Below are positions 1 through 9,249 of a stretch of 64,000 bases of DNA, in pieces. Source of the DNA: an uncultured Enterobacteriaceae bacterium (lineage in GTDB: Bacteria > Desulfobacterota > Binatia > Bin18); assembly GCA_964495015.1 (NCBI GenBank), contig CAZBUD010000014.1, positions 7,670 to 71,669 of the forward strand, read 5' to 3'. The translations under genes and the position numbers were made by a program. Below the pieces are notes generated by a model. The model had not been told where the DNA came from and made no database searches. It saw only the letters and a list, made by a program, of their open reading frames with translations. Each line of letters begins with the position of its first letter. Positions within the stretch are counted from its first letter, which is position 1.

Positions 1-1
1 C

Positions 2-781
2 ATTCAACTTCGTTGGTTCGACTATTTTCTGAAAGGCCAAGACACCGGTGTCCTTGATGAACCACCCATCCGACTGTTTGTCATGGGTGACAACCGCTGG
101 CGTGATGAGAACGAATGGCCACTGGCACGCACTCAGTACACCGACGTTTATCTGCACAGTGGCGGTAAGGCGAATAGTCTGAACGGCGATGGCTCGCTGT
201 CGTTGATTGCACCGAATGCTGAAGAGCAGCAGGACGCCTATGTGTACGATCCCCAAGATCCCGTGCCGACACGTGGTGGGACAACATTGGGCATGGCCAT
301 GGGCGTGCTCGACCAAAATAAGGTTGAGGTCCGAGAGGATGTGCTTGTTTACACCGGCGACCTACTCAATGCGGCTATGGAAGTCACCGGGCCAATCTCA
401 CTGATGCTGTATGCTGCGTCCTCAGCCTCCGACACGGACTTCACTGCCAAGCTTGTAGACGTTCGTCCAGATGGCTACGCGCAGAATATTGCGGAAGGAG
501 TGATCCGCGCTCGCTTCCGCGAGTCGTTGTCAAATCCGACGCTCATTACCCCTGGAGAAGTGTATGGCTACACGATCGACCTGTGGGCAACGAGCCATGT
601 ATTCAAAGCCGGCCATCGGCTGCGCCTAGAAGTCTCCTCCAGCAACTTCCCGCGCTACGATCGCAACCCCAATACCGGCCATGACTTTGGTGGGGACACC
701 GAGCTGCGCGCCGCGCAGCAAACGATTTTTCACGATAACCGCTATCCGTCGTATCTAACACTTCCAGTGATTCCAAGCTAG
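2..781 (+). CDS. CocE/NonD family hydrolase, C-terminal part (5' end lies upstream of the window)
   Basis: The frame is open from the window edge (IQLRWFDYFLKGQDTGVLDEPPIRLFVMGDNRWRDENEWPLA...NFPRYDRNPNTG), which is the typical X-Pro dipeptidyl-peptidase/CocE C-terminal domain pattern. Confidence 0.8.
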   Translation: MQLRWFDYFLKGQDTGVLDEPPIRLFVMGDNRWRDENEWPLARTQYTDVYLHSGGKANSLNGDGSLSLIAPNAEEQQDAYVYDPQDPVPTRGGTTLGMAMGVLDQNKVEVREDVLVYTGDLLNAAMEVTGPISLMLYAASSASDTDFTAKLVDVRPDGYAQNIAEGVIRARFRESLSNPTLITPGEVYGYTIDLWATSHVFKAGHRLRLEVSSSNFPRYDRNPNTGHDFGGDTELRAAQQTIFHDNRYPSYLTLPVIPS

Positions 782-801
782 GGAAAACACAAAGGAGAAG
801 C

Positions 802-1905
802 ATGAAAGCACTTGTTGTTGGGGGAACCGGGCCGACTGGGCCGTTTATCGTGAATGGTCTGATTGAGCGCGGTTATGACGTCACCATTTTTCACCGCGGA
901 ACGCACGAGATTCCTGAGATCCCGCCTGAAGTAGAGCATATTCACGGTGATCCGCATTTTCGAGAAACCATAGACGCAGCGCTGTCCGGACGGACGTTTG
1001 ATCTTGCAGTCGTGACGTATGGTCGCATTCGTTTTGTGGCTGAAGCATTGGTTGGGAAAATCGGCCGCTTTGTAGGGGTGGGTGGAGTCGCCAGCTATCG
1101 GGGCTATATGAACCCGCATGTTCTGTTTCCAGTCGGACTCAAATTGGCGGTTTCCGAGGATGCACCCGTTGTCGAGAGCGAAGAAGAGCTGCACTTTGCC
1201 TATTTGATCGCCCAGACCGAGCAAGCCGTGTTGGAATATCACCCCACAGCCGCCTACTTCCGCTATCCGTATGTGTACGGTCCCTACCAACTTGTCCCGC
1301 GAGAGTGGAGCGTGATGCGTCGTATTCTGGATAAACGACCGTATATGATCGTTGCCGACGGTGGTCTGACGCTTTTCACGCACGGTTATGCTGCCAATTT
1401 GGCCCATGCGGTTCTGCTTGCGATTGATAAGCCCAAGGCATCAGCCGGGCAGCTGTACAACTGCGGCGATGAAACGCAGCTTACAATTCATCAGGTCATT
1501 GAAGTCATTGCCAAGGCGATGAACTACGAGTTGGAAGTGGTTAGTATGCCCAACGATCTGGCCCGTCCGGCTCGACCCTACACCATGCAAGAAACCGCAC
1601 ATCATCGCGTTGTTGATCTCTCTAAGATAAAAAATCAACTCGGCTACACTGACCTGTATGGAGTCGAAGAAGCTATAAAAAAGACGGTGCGGTGGTATCT
1701 CGAAAACCAACCCGAGCGCGGGGAGGAGATTGAAAAGCGCCTCCAAGACCCTTTTAACTATGAGGCTGAAGACCGCCTCGTTGCCGCGTATAAAGACAGT
1801 ATGCGGCGTCTAGCACAGATTCCTTTTGACGTTCAAATGGATCGGCCTCACCCGTACGCACATCCCAAAGAGCCTGGCCAAGAGCGGGATCATCGGGAGC
1901 GGTAA
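802..1905 (+). CDS. NAD-dependent epimerase/dehydratase family protein (extended SDR)
   Basis: N-terminal Rossmann motif MKALVVGGTGPTGPFIV. AAGGAG-like RBS (caaaggagaagc) before the ATG. Confidence 0.8.
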   Translation: MKALVVGGTGPTGPFIVNGLIERGYDVTIFHRGTHEIPEIPPEVEHIHGDPHFRETIDAALSGRTFDLAVVTYGRIRFVAEALVGKIGRFVGVGGVASYRGYMNPHVLFPVGLKLAVSEDAPVVESEEELHFAYLIAQTEQAVLEYHPTAAYFRYPYVYGPYQLVPREWSVMRRILDKRPYMIVADGGLTLFTHGYAANLAHAVLLAIDKPKASAGQLYNCGDETQLTIHQVIEVIAKAMNYELEVVSMPNDLARPARPYTMQETAHHRVVDLSKIKNQLGYTDLYGVEEAIKKTVRWYLENQPERGEEIEKRLQDPFNYEAEDRLVAAYKDSMRRLAQIPFDVQMDRPHPYAHPKEPGQERDHRER

Positions 1906-1942
1906 AAGATGTGACACATGTTCTATTTGAGGAGAGGAGATT

Positions 1943-2089
1943 ATGAAATTTGCCCGCACAACCGTTGACCCCCACCAAATAGGAGGAGTTTCCTGGGTAT
2001 GGGAACTGCGCATCCCTGCTGCTACTGTTGTTAGGATGGTTACAGAAGGATTGATGCAAGCAGGATACGATTCGGTTCATGAATCCTAA
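1943..2089 (+). CDS. Possible short DUF433-like protein (48 aa, below the ORF-track cutoff)
   Basis: GAGGAGAGGAG RBS 4 nt before the ATG. TVDPHQIGGVSWVWELRIPAATVVRMVTEG resembles the DUF433 core (DP.i.gGkP.i.GTRIpV..il), but it is degenerate and C-terminally short. Confidence 0.3.
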   Translation: MKFARTTVDPHQIGGVSWVWELRIPAATVVRMVTEGLMQAGYDSVHES

Positions 2090-2112
2090 TACCCTGAACC
2101 AAGGTAGCTCCG

Positions 2113-3591
2113 ATGGCTGGCGATGCGAGTGTATTGACGATAGGCCGTGAAGGTTTCATCGCTGAAGCGAACGCCTGGGACGAGGTGCAATCCGATGCAG
2201 CGCAGCGTCTTCCCGCGCTACTTGACGAGCACGGTATCAAGACGGTTCGTGTGGCGTACTGCGATCCGCACGGCTTGATGCGTGGTAAAAGCCTAACCGC
2301 GCAAAACTTTCTATTGGCGTTACGCAATGGTGTTGCAGAGACAGTGGCGAGCCTAGGTATGGATACCGCCAACATGATTGCCTTCCCTCTATTCGATCGT
2401 GACGGCGGTTTTGGTATGGAGCAAATGGGCGGTGTGGGTGACATCGTACTTGTGCCTGACCCCTGTACGCTGAAGGTCTTGCCGTGGGCGCCACAGACCG
2501 CCTGGATACTCTCTGACCTGTACTTAAAAGACGGCAGCCGCTGTCCTTTCGATTGCCGGTATGTCCTGCGCAACGCCCTCAACGCGTTACAAGCGCAAGG
2601 CTATCACTTTGTCGCTGGACTTGAACTCGAGTTCTATATTTTTGATATTGATGATCCGCGTCTGTCACTGACCGATTCCGGGCAGCCGGCCGAGCCGCCA
2701 ACGGTACGCGCCCTTAATCACGGCTACCAGCTGCATGGGAGTGGTCAAATCGACGCTCTTGAGTCGCTGGCGGATCAGCTGCGTGATGCTATGGCTGCGC
2801 TTGGATTTCCGTTACGAACCATTGAGGTTGAATGGGGACCGGGACAATTCGAAGTCACTTTTAATCCCTTAACCGGTCTCGACGCGGCTGATACCCTCTT
2901 AATGTTTCGCACGGCGACCAAGCACCTGATGCGTAGGCAAGGCCGCCTCGCCAGTTTCATGGCCAAGCCAGCGCTGCAAAACGTGTATTCCAGCGGCTGG
3001 CATTTGCATCAATCTTTGTGGGATAAGGACTTGGATAGCAATGCGTTCGCCGCTAGCGATACGCACACCTTGGTGAGCGATGTTGGTAGGTATTATATCG
3101 GTGGTTTGCTGACGCATGCTGCTGCTGCGACGGCCTTTTCCAACCCGACCATCAATGGGTATAAACGCCTCAACGCTACCCCACTGGCTCCGAACCGAAT
3201 CATCTGGTCACACGACAATCGTGGCGCCATGCTGCGCCTGGTTGGCGGATACGGAGCGTCGGACACGCATATTGAGAATCGAAGCGGTGACCCGAGCGCC
3301 AACCCCTATCTATACATGGCCTCGCAGATCCATGCCGGCCTTGATGGTATACGTAATAACTCCGACCCGGGTGATCCGATCCAAGATGATCCCTACGCAC
3401 AAATCGATAAACCACCCCTACCAAATAGCCTGATGCAGGCTGTCGAAGCGCTTGATCACTCTGCTGCATTGCGAGCCGGGTTTGGCGATCAATTCGTAGA
3501 TTATTTTCTGAAACTCAAACGATTCGAAATTGCCCGCTTCCTCGCCTATGTGACCGACTGGGAACACAAAGAGTATTTTGAGCTGTATTAA
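2113..3591 (+). CDS. Glutamine synthetase family protein (gamma-glutamyl-amine ligase-like, TdnQ/AtdA1-like by context)
   Basis: 492 aa with the GS fold. N-terminal beta-grasp (KTVRVAYCDPHGLMRGKSL) and an NGYKRL motif. First gene of a co-directional four-gene cluster. Confidence 0.85.
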   Translation: MAGDASVLTIGREGFIAEANAWDEVQSDAAQRLPALLDEHGIKTVRVAYCDPHGLMRGKSLTAQNFLLALRNGVAETVASLGMDTANMIAFPLFDRDGGFGMEQMGGVGDIVLVPDPCTLKVLPWAPQTAWILSDLYLKDGSRCPFDCRYVLRNALNALQAQGYHFVAGLELEFYIFDIDDPRLSLTDSGQPAEPPTVRALNHGYQLHGSGQIDALESLADQLRDAMAALGFPLRTIEVEWGPGQFEVTFNPLTGLDAADTLLMFRTATKHLMRRQGRLASFMAKPALQNVYSSGWHLHQSLWDKDLDSNAFAASDTHTLVSDVGRYYIGGLLTHAAAATAFSNPTINGYKRLNATPLAPNRIIWSHDNRGAMLRLVGGYGASDTHIENRSGDPSANPYLYMASQIHAGLDGIRNNSDPGDPIQDDPYAQIDKPPLPNSLMQAVEALDHSAALRAGFGDQFVDYFLKLKRFEIARFLAYVTDWEHKEYFELY

Positions 3592-3626
3592 GGGCTCCTG
3601 TGATCGACGCTAGATGGAGAAGACCG

Positions 3627-4976
3627 ATGAGTTTCACCACACTAGCTGAACACAAACGGAACGATATTGCCGATAAGTGGGGCTTTGTCGTCCAACCGAG
3701 TCGGATCCATCGATCGGTCTATACTAATGGTGATATTTTCAAGCGCGAAATGGTCAACATCTTTGGCAGCGCCTGGGTCTTCGTAGGCCATGAAAGCGAG
3801 ATTCCGAACGCCAATGACTTTGTCACCCGGCGCTTTGGTGGACGTCCCGTCATCCTCACCCGGGACCGCACTGGTGAGATTCACGTGTTGTTCAACCGCT
3901 GCGCGCATAAAGGGGCAAAAGTGTGTCGGGCGGATAGAGGTTCGACCAAGATGTTCGTGTGTCCCTACCATGCGTGGTCGTATAATCTCAGCGGTCGTTC
4001 CGTAGCGGTACCGCTGAGGGATGCCTACGAACACCATCGAAGCAGCCGCAGATATAATTTGCTTCAGGTGCCACGCGTGACGTCGTATCGCGGCTTTATT
4101 TTTGGGACGCTCAATTCAGAAGCACCAGAAATCGAAGCATATCTGGCTGGCGTGCGAGGCCCCTTGGATGATTGGATTGATCGCTATGATGGTGGTGCCA
4201 TTGTGGTAACGGGAGCACCGCGTTATCGGATCGCTGCAAACTGGAAATTTGTCACCGATAACCAAGGAGATGGCTACCATCCCGCGTACTCCCACCTCTC
4301 GCTGCTGTCGATGACAAGTCAGCGTTATGGTGCCGATCGGGACATGTCGTATTTCGGTGGAAGCGTTGACCAATCCAGGATGTTCGCCAAATGCTTTGAT
4401 AACGGCCATTTTTATGTGGATCAACGCCCGGAAATGTTTGCCGACTCCGCCTGGGCCGCACAACGCCCGCAACCAGGTCGTGAGCACTACGAAGCTGAGC
4501 TGCAACGCCGCTATGGTGAGACAGAGGCCAAGCGCCTGCTCGAACTTGCCGTTGGCGCGGGAATGAACCTGAACATCTTTCCCAATCTCTTGCTCATCGG
4601 TAATCAGATCCAATTGGTTGACCCTGTTGCAGTCGACAAGACCGACGTGTGGTGGTTTGCCACCAGCGTGGCGGACCTCCCTGACGAGATTAACACGCTC
4701 CGCATGCGAACCCAGGAAGATTTTCCAATGTTTGGGGAAGTCGATGATGTGGAAAACTTTGAGGCGTGCCAAGAGGGGCTAGGCATAGTGGAAGACGAGT
4801 GGGTTGATTGCAGTCGGCATTGGAACAGTCCGACGGAAGTCCAAGAACAGGACGGGATACGTGCGCTCGTCACCAGTGACCTGACCATGCGGACCTTTTA
4901 CCGTGAGTGGCAACGCCTTATGCGTAGCGAGGTGCATATCGACTTGAGCGATCAGCGTCAGGGAGAGAATGCATGA
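3627..4976 (+). CDS. Aromatic ring-hydroxylating (Rieske) oxygenase, alpha subunit
   Basis: Rieske 2Fe-2S motif CAHKGAKVC...CPYHAWSY. GGAGAAG RBS before ATG 3627 (an alternative GTG is at 3600). The stop overlaps the next start (ATGA). Confidence 0.9.
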   Translation: MSFTTLAEHKRNDIADKWGFVVQPSRIHRSVYTNGDIFKREMVNIFGSAWVFVGHESEIPNANDFVTRRFGGRPVILTRDRTGEIHVLFNRCAHKGAKVCRADRGSTKMFVCPYHAWSYNLSGRSVAVPLRDAYEHHRSSRRYNLLQVPRVTSYRGFIFGTLNSEAPEIEAYLAGVRGPLDDWIDRYDGGAIVVTGAPRYRIAANWKFVTDNQGDGYHPAYSHLSLLSMTSQRYGADRDMSYFGGSVDQSRMFAKCFDNGHFYVDQRPEMFADSAWAAQRPQPGREHYEAELQRRYGETEAKRLLELAVGAGMNLNIFPNLLLIGNQIQLVDPVAVDKTDVWWFATSVADLPDEINTLRMRTQEDFPMFGEVDDVENFEACQEGLGIVEDEWVDCSRHWNSPTEVQEQDGIRALVTSDLTMRTFYREWQRLMRSEVHIDLSDQRQGENA

Positions 4977-5581
4977 GTGCCTCCGCCACTACAAAACGCA
5001 ACCTGCTGCGCGAACACCCAGGGCCATCGACGTATGTTGATGACGCGCTGTACGAGCGACTGCTCCAAATTGCCGCGCAATGGTCAGAAGCAGGTCTAGC
5101 GGTTCCTGCCCCGCAGGCCGCTACAGTTACTGCCTTGCTCAATCAGGAGTGTCGCTTGCTCGACGATGGACGATTCGAAGAGTGGCTTAATCTCTTTGTC
5201 GAGGAGTGCATCTATTGGATACCCAGCGATGTGGTGCCGCAGGACCCACGTCGCGAAATCACCTGGGAACTGCAAGACCGGCGGCGCTTGGAAGACCGTG
5301 TTGCCCGGATTCGCACTGGTCACGCGTTCTCACAAATTCCGCCAACTCGGACCCGACACTGTTTGAGCAATATTGAGATTTGGGCGTTTGGTGCTGACGA
5401 ACTGCGAGTGCGCACCAATCTAACCATTCATACTTATCGCAAAGGAGAGCAACAGACGCTACCGTGCATGGGTGGCTATGTACTACAACGGCAAGCTGAG
5501 GACGACTGGCTCATCGAGCTAAAGCAGATCAACCTTATCGACGCAGATCAGGCTCAGGGCAATATTTCGTTCTTCCTGTGA
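4973..5581 (+). CDS. Aromatic ring-hydroxylating dioxygenase, beta subunit (NTF2/SnoaL-like)
   Basis: About 200 aa. RRLEDRVARIRTGHAFSQIPPTRTRHCLSNIEIW is typical of small subunits. Translationally coupled to the alpha subunit. Confidence 0.85.
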   Translation: MSASATTKRNLLREHPGPSTYVDDALYERLLQIAAQWSEAGLAVPAPQAATVTALLNQECRLLDDGRFEEWLNLFVEECIYWIPSDVVPQDPRREITWELQDRRRLEDRVARIRTGHAFSQIPPTRTRHCLSNIEIWAFGADELRVRTNLTIHTYRKGEQQTLPCMGGYVLQRQAEDDWLIELKQINLIDADQAQGNISFFL

Positions 5582-5592
5582 GAAATGAAAGT

Positions 5593-6357
5593 ATGATGAA
5601 ACCTATTCTTATTCTGAAAACCGGAGAACTATCACGCCGTATGATTGCGCAATTCGGCCACTCTGAGCAGGCGTTTTTGGACCTGCTGGGAGAAGAGCAA
5701 TGTGCCGTGGTTGACGCGCGTAAGGAAACCCTGCCTGAGGCCGGTTGCGTGCGCAATATTGCGGGCATCGTTGTGACCGGCTCGGTTGCTTCGGCCAATG
5801 ATACCGACCCATGGATTGCGAAGAGCGAGGATTTTCTGAAACGGGCCGCTGATCAGTCAGTTCCAATCTATGGCATCTGTTTCGGTCATCAGCACGTTGC
5901 TCGCACGTTTGGCGGCCGTGTTGAAAAAAATCCTCGCGGCTGGGAGCTTGGTACGGCAACGGTCTCTTTGACACAAGAAGGACAACGGAATGTTCTCTTC
6001 GCGTCAGTGCCCGAGTCTTTTTTGGCTCAAGAGAGTCATGGAGAAATCGTGACTGAACTGCCGCCCGGTGCGCGTGCTTTAGTCCACAATGACAACTGCG
6101 CATATCAGGCATTTTCTCTCGATGATCGCATCTGGGGCACTCAATTCCATCCGGAATATACGCCTGCACTTATGCAGGTGATGATTGCCTTGCACACAGC
6201 TGCGTTGCCTCCAGAATCATTCCCGCGTTGGCCGTCTGACGAAGGGCCCCTCCAGGACTGGCTTGGCAAAACTGTTCGGAGCACACCAGCAGCACAGCGC
6301 TGCCTCAATAACTTTGCTTCGATTGTCATGGAGCGGCTACGGACGCATATAGGATAA
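5593..6357 (+). CDS. Class-I glutamine amidotransferase-like protein (TdnT/AtdA2-like by context)
   Basis: Nucleophile-elbow motif GICFGHQ and QFHPE near the C-terminus. Start uncertain (GTG 5578, ATG 5593 or ATG 5596). Confidence 0.8.
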   Translation: MMKPILILKTGELSRRMIAQFGHSEQAFLDLLGEEQCAVVDARKETLPEAGCVRNIAGIVVTGSVASANDTDPWIAKSEDFLKRAADQSVPIYGICFGHQHVARTFGGRVEKNPRGWELGTATVSLTQEGQRNVLFASVPESFLAQESHGEIVTELPPGARALVHNDNCAYQAFSLDDRIWGTQFHPEYTPALMQVMIALHTAALPPESFPRWPSDEGPLQDWLGKTVRSTPAAQRCLNNFASIVMERLRTHIG

Positions 6358-7080
6358 GCGCAGCTGACCGGAGACTATCGCTTCTGTGGCGCGGGCGATT
6401 CCGTCCGTGTCATCAACGATCATCCACGCATCAGAGTGAAGAAAGCTCTGGAGTGTTTCTCCTCTTCGTATGAGTTGAGGGTAGAGTTCGTGGGTGGTGC
6501 TAAACGCCCGTCCTGTCGGCATGTAGTCAAAAATACGCGGCTCTAGAACTTGACAGCCCGTAAACATAAAAGTGGCAAGGGGCGCATTGACCATAACCTC
6601 GCCCGGTTCTCCCCGAATGCGGCGAATAGCTCCTTGCTGGTCAGCCTCAATGCGACCGTACTGCTCTGGGTCTGGATTGGGTCTCAACAACAGTGTCCCA
6701 ATCGCTTTGGTCTGGCGATGCGAGGCCAGCAGTGCGCTGAGATCAAAATCGAGAATGGTGTCCGCATTGAGAACCAGAAACGATTCACCGTCGAGAAACG
6801 GCTGGGCCTTCTTAATCCCTCCGCCTGTGTCCAGGATCGGATCTTCCGGAGAATAGATGATCTGCAAACCATAAGCGCTGCCGTTTCCCAAGGTCTCTCT
6901 GAGCTTGTGTCCATGATGATGCAGGTTAATGACGACCTCTTGGATGCCTTGGGCTTTCACAAACAGTAAGGCGTATTCAATCAAAGGCCGGCCTGCGACT
7001 GGCGCAAGCGCTTTGGGAATCGAGTTAGTCAACGGCCGCATCCGGGTGCCAAGACCGGCGGCGAGAATCATAGCGCGCAT
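6337..7080 (-). CDS. murU: Sugar-1-phosphate nucleotidyltransferase, MurU-like (N-acetylmuramate alpha-1-phosphate uridylyltransferase)
   Basis: MRAMILAAGLGTRMRPLTNSIPKALAPVAGRPLIEY nucleotidyltransferase N-terminus. Lies 2 nt downstream of an AmgK-like kinase gene. Confidence 0.7.
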   Translation of the reverse strand: MRAMILAAGLGTRMRPLTNSIPKALAPVAGRPLIEYALLFVKAQGIQEVVINLHHHGHKLRETLGNGSAYGLQIIYSPEDPILDTGGGIKKAQPFLDGESFLVLNADTILDFDLSALLASHRQTKAIGTLLLRPNPDPEQYGRIEADQQGAIRRIRGEPGEVMVNAPLATFMFTGCQVLEPRIFDYMPTGRAFSTTHELYPQLIRRGETLQSFLHSDAWMIVDDTDGIARATEAIVSGQLRLSYMRP

Positions 7081-7082
7081 AG

Positions 7083-8204
7083 TTATACTGAGAAATGTTC
7101 GGGAAAGTGGTCTGCAAGGATGTCCTGCAGGTGGGTGTATCGTGGCAGCCGTGCCAAAACACGCCGAATAGTCGCCAGTGTAGGCGGAATATAGCGCATA
7201 TAGCCGGTTTTACCCTTTTCCAGCTCCAGATAATAAAAGCGGCCGACAACTTTACACGCTTTTTGCAGTAGGCACAGGTTGTATTCCTCCCAGACCAGTT
7301 CGGAGGATAGAAAATCGCCGCCGCTCTGATTCCAGGTATCGTGGTAGTAGTTGACCAAGGCTTCTTCTAACGCGGGGCTCATTACGTCCGGCGTATCGCG
7401 GTCATTGAGTAGTGTAGCTAGATCATACGGTGCAGGGGCGAGCAGGGCATCCTGGAAGTCAATGACGCGAATGACATCCTGCTGCACGAATAAGTTCCAG
7501 CTGTGGTAGTCGCGATGATTCAGAAAAAAGGTCGCTTGATCGAGTCGGGTTGAAATCTGTTCAAAGATTTCCTGGAGCGTCTGAGTCTCTATCTGCGAGA
7601 GCGCTTTTCCGCCACGCTTGTCTAAGCCCCATTCCACAAAATGCTCAAACTCCCATAAGAACAGACGCTTATCAAAGCGTTGCTGAAACGCAATGCAACT
7701 ATCGTTTTTGTGACGGGTGCCCGCTATTTGGATGAGCAGCAATTGATCAATAGCGCGTTGATACCACTGCTCGGTCTCAGCCCCGGTTAAACCTTGGACA
7801 GCCTCCCGTAAAGGCAGATCACCAATGTCTTCGAGAATGAGAAAACCAGCCTGCTGACCCGCGACGTAGATCTGTGGAACCCGGACGCCGAGCGGTTCAA
7901 GAAAATAATGCAGGTTGAGATAAGGCAGCTCTTTTAGCGGCTCGTTAAAAACGGCAAGTTCGTCAGAAGACAACGCCAGCCCGCTGCCGGCAAGAACCAT
8001 AACTACGGCTGAACTGACTGAATTTGGACCGCCTCCGTTGAGATGTAATCTGACATAACTCCGACTCGAAGCATCTCCAGCTAAGGGGTCGATACGGGCA
8101 ATCTGGGTCCCTTTCCCCCATTTCTCAGCAACGGCCGTATCCAGTGCGGGGCGGAGTTTTGTATCCATACCTGACGAGGTAGCAATCGAGCTCTTGCTTG
8201 TCAA
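7083..8204 (-). CDS. amgK: Aminoglycoside-phosphotransferase-fold kinase, AmgK-like (anomeric MurNAc/GlcNAc kinase)
   Basis: HRDYHSWNL catalytic loop and VIDFQDA motif. Operon-like with murU. Start uncertain (TTG 8204 or ATG 8168). Confidence 0.7.
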   Translation of the reverse strand: MTSKSSIATSSGMDTKLRPALDTAVAEKWGKGTQIARIDPLAGDASSRSYVRLHLNGGGPNSVSSAVVMVLAGSGLALSSDELAVFNEPLKELPYLNLHYFLEPLGVRVPQIYVAGQQAGFLILEDIGDLPLREAVQGLTGAETEQWYQRAIDQLLLIQIAGTRHKNDSCIAFQQRFDKRLFLWEFEHFVEWGLDKRGGKALSQIETQTLQEIFEQISTRLDQATFFLNHRDYHSWNLFVQQDVIRVIDFQDALLAPAPYDLATLLNDRDTPDVMSPALEEALVNYYHDTWNQSGGDFLSSELVWEEYNLCLLQKACKVVGRFYYLELEKGKTGYMRYIPPTLATIRRVLARLPRYTHLQDILADHFPEHFSV

Positions 8205-8299
8205 AGTTGGTCAAAAATGGGTGATACTGGGCGGGCCGTTGCAAAGCCTACGCGTCCATGATGAGAAAACTGAGAAGATGGGAAGGCTGAGAAGAGAAA

Positions 8300-8563
8300 A
8301 TGGAACATAGCCCGGATATAACAGCATTGTCGCATGGCGAGCTGGTTGCGTTCGTCTATCGGCTTCGACAGCAATTGGAAGAGCGCGATCAGGAAATCAC
8401 TCGGCTGAAGCAGCAGCTTTTGGGGGAGCAATCCCAAAATGCTCAGGATGTAGCTCAGAGGGCTGAAAACAAAGAAACGATTCCTTCAGAAGATGCGCGG
8501 CAGCCTGGTAGCCAAGAAGGCCTGCTTTCTCAGTTGCAAAAAATATATCCAGGAGGGGAGTAA
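8300..8563 (+). CDS. Hypothetical small coiled-coil protein
   Basis: 87-aa ORF with a heptad-like segment (LRQQLEERDQEITRLKQQLL). Weak RBS and no recognisable family. Confidence 0.3.
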   Translation: MEHSPDITALSHGELVAFVYRLRQQLEERDQEITRLKQQLLGEQSQNAQDVAQRAENKETIPSEDARQPGSQEGLLSQLQKIYPGGE

Positions 8564-8593
8564 CGACGAGACCCCCTCTCCTGGATCAACGCC

Positions 8594-9100
8594 TCAGAAA
8601 TCGCCGCGTTTAATCCGATCGAATAAATTCCTGGTATTGTCATCCAGAACAATACTTTCCATGATCGCGCCAATAGCCGCCTCAGTATCAAAATAGGCAA
8701 ACTGGACGCCTGGGTCGTCTCCAATCCGGCCACTTTGGATTCGTGGAAATCCGTTCGCCTCAAAGTCGGCCACTACTTGGTCGTGGTCCGGAACGATGAA
8801 ACCCAGATGATGCAGTCCTTCGCCACGTGTATCAAGAAATTCTTTATAAATACTGCTGCCCGAGATATGCTGAATGAGCTCGATCTGAGAGTCCCCGGCA
8901 TAGCCGATTGAGATGTCCATGTGAAAATCGCCCGGTCCACCCCGGTAGAATGACTCATGGACCTCGACATCATTGAAGCGAAAGAAACGAGGGGCTCCCA
9001 TTTTTTCAGAGAAAAAGTTCTCTGCTGCTTTAAGGTCTTTCACCACAAAGGCAATCTGATGATGCCCGGTTGCGATATAAGCAAACGGCGTTGTCGCCAT
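8594..9100 (-). CDS. VOC (glyoxalase/bleomycin resistance/dioxygenase) family protein
   Basis: HHQIAFVVKDLKAAENFF...GLHHLGFIVPD paired beta-alpha-beta-beta-beta pattern. AGGAGG RBS before ATG 9100; the longer ORF-track start at 9190 is unlikely. Confidence 0.8.
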   Translation of the reverse strand: MATTPFAYIATGHHQIAFVVKDLKAAENFFSEKMGAPRFFRFNDVEVHESFYRGGPGDFHMDISIGYAGDSQIELIQHISGSSIYKEFLDTRGEGLHHLGFIVPDHDQVVADFEANGFPRIQSGRIGDDPGVQFAYFDTEAAIGAIMESIVLDDNTRNLFDRIKRGDF

Positions 9101-9249
9101 GGCTGTTCCTCCTATGGACCTGTACTTTTTTGGATTGTTTATGACGCCAAGCGGCGGGAACTGCAAGGCCTCACGTTGTTTTGGTGTCACTCTTTACCCT
9201 CCGAATTGAAGCGGTTAAGCTAAGGTCCCGAAAGAGAGAGCAGAGCGGA

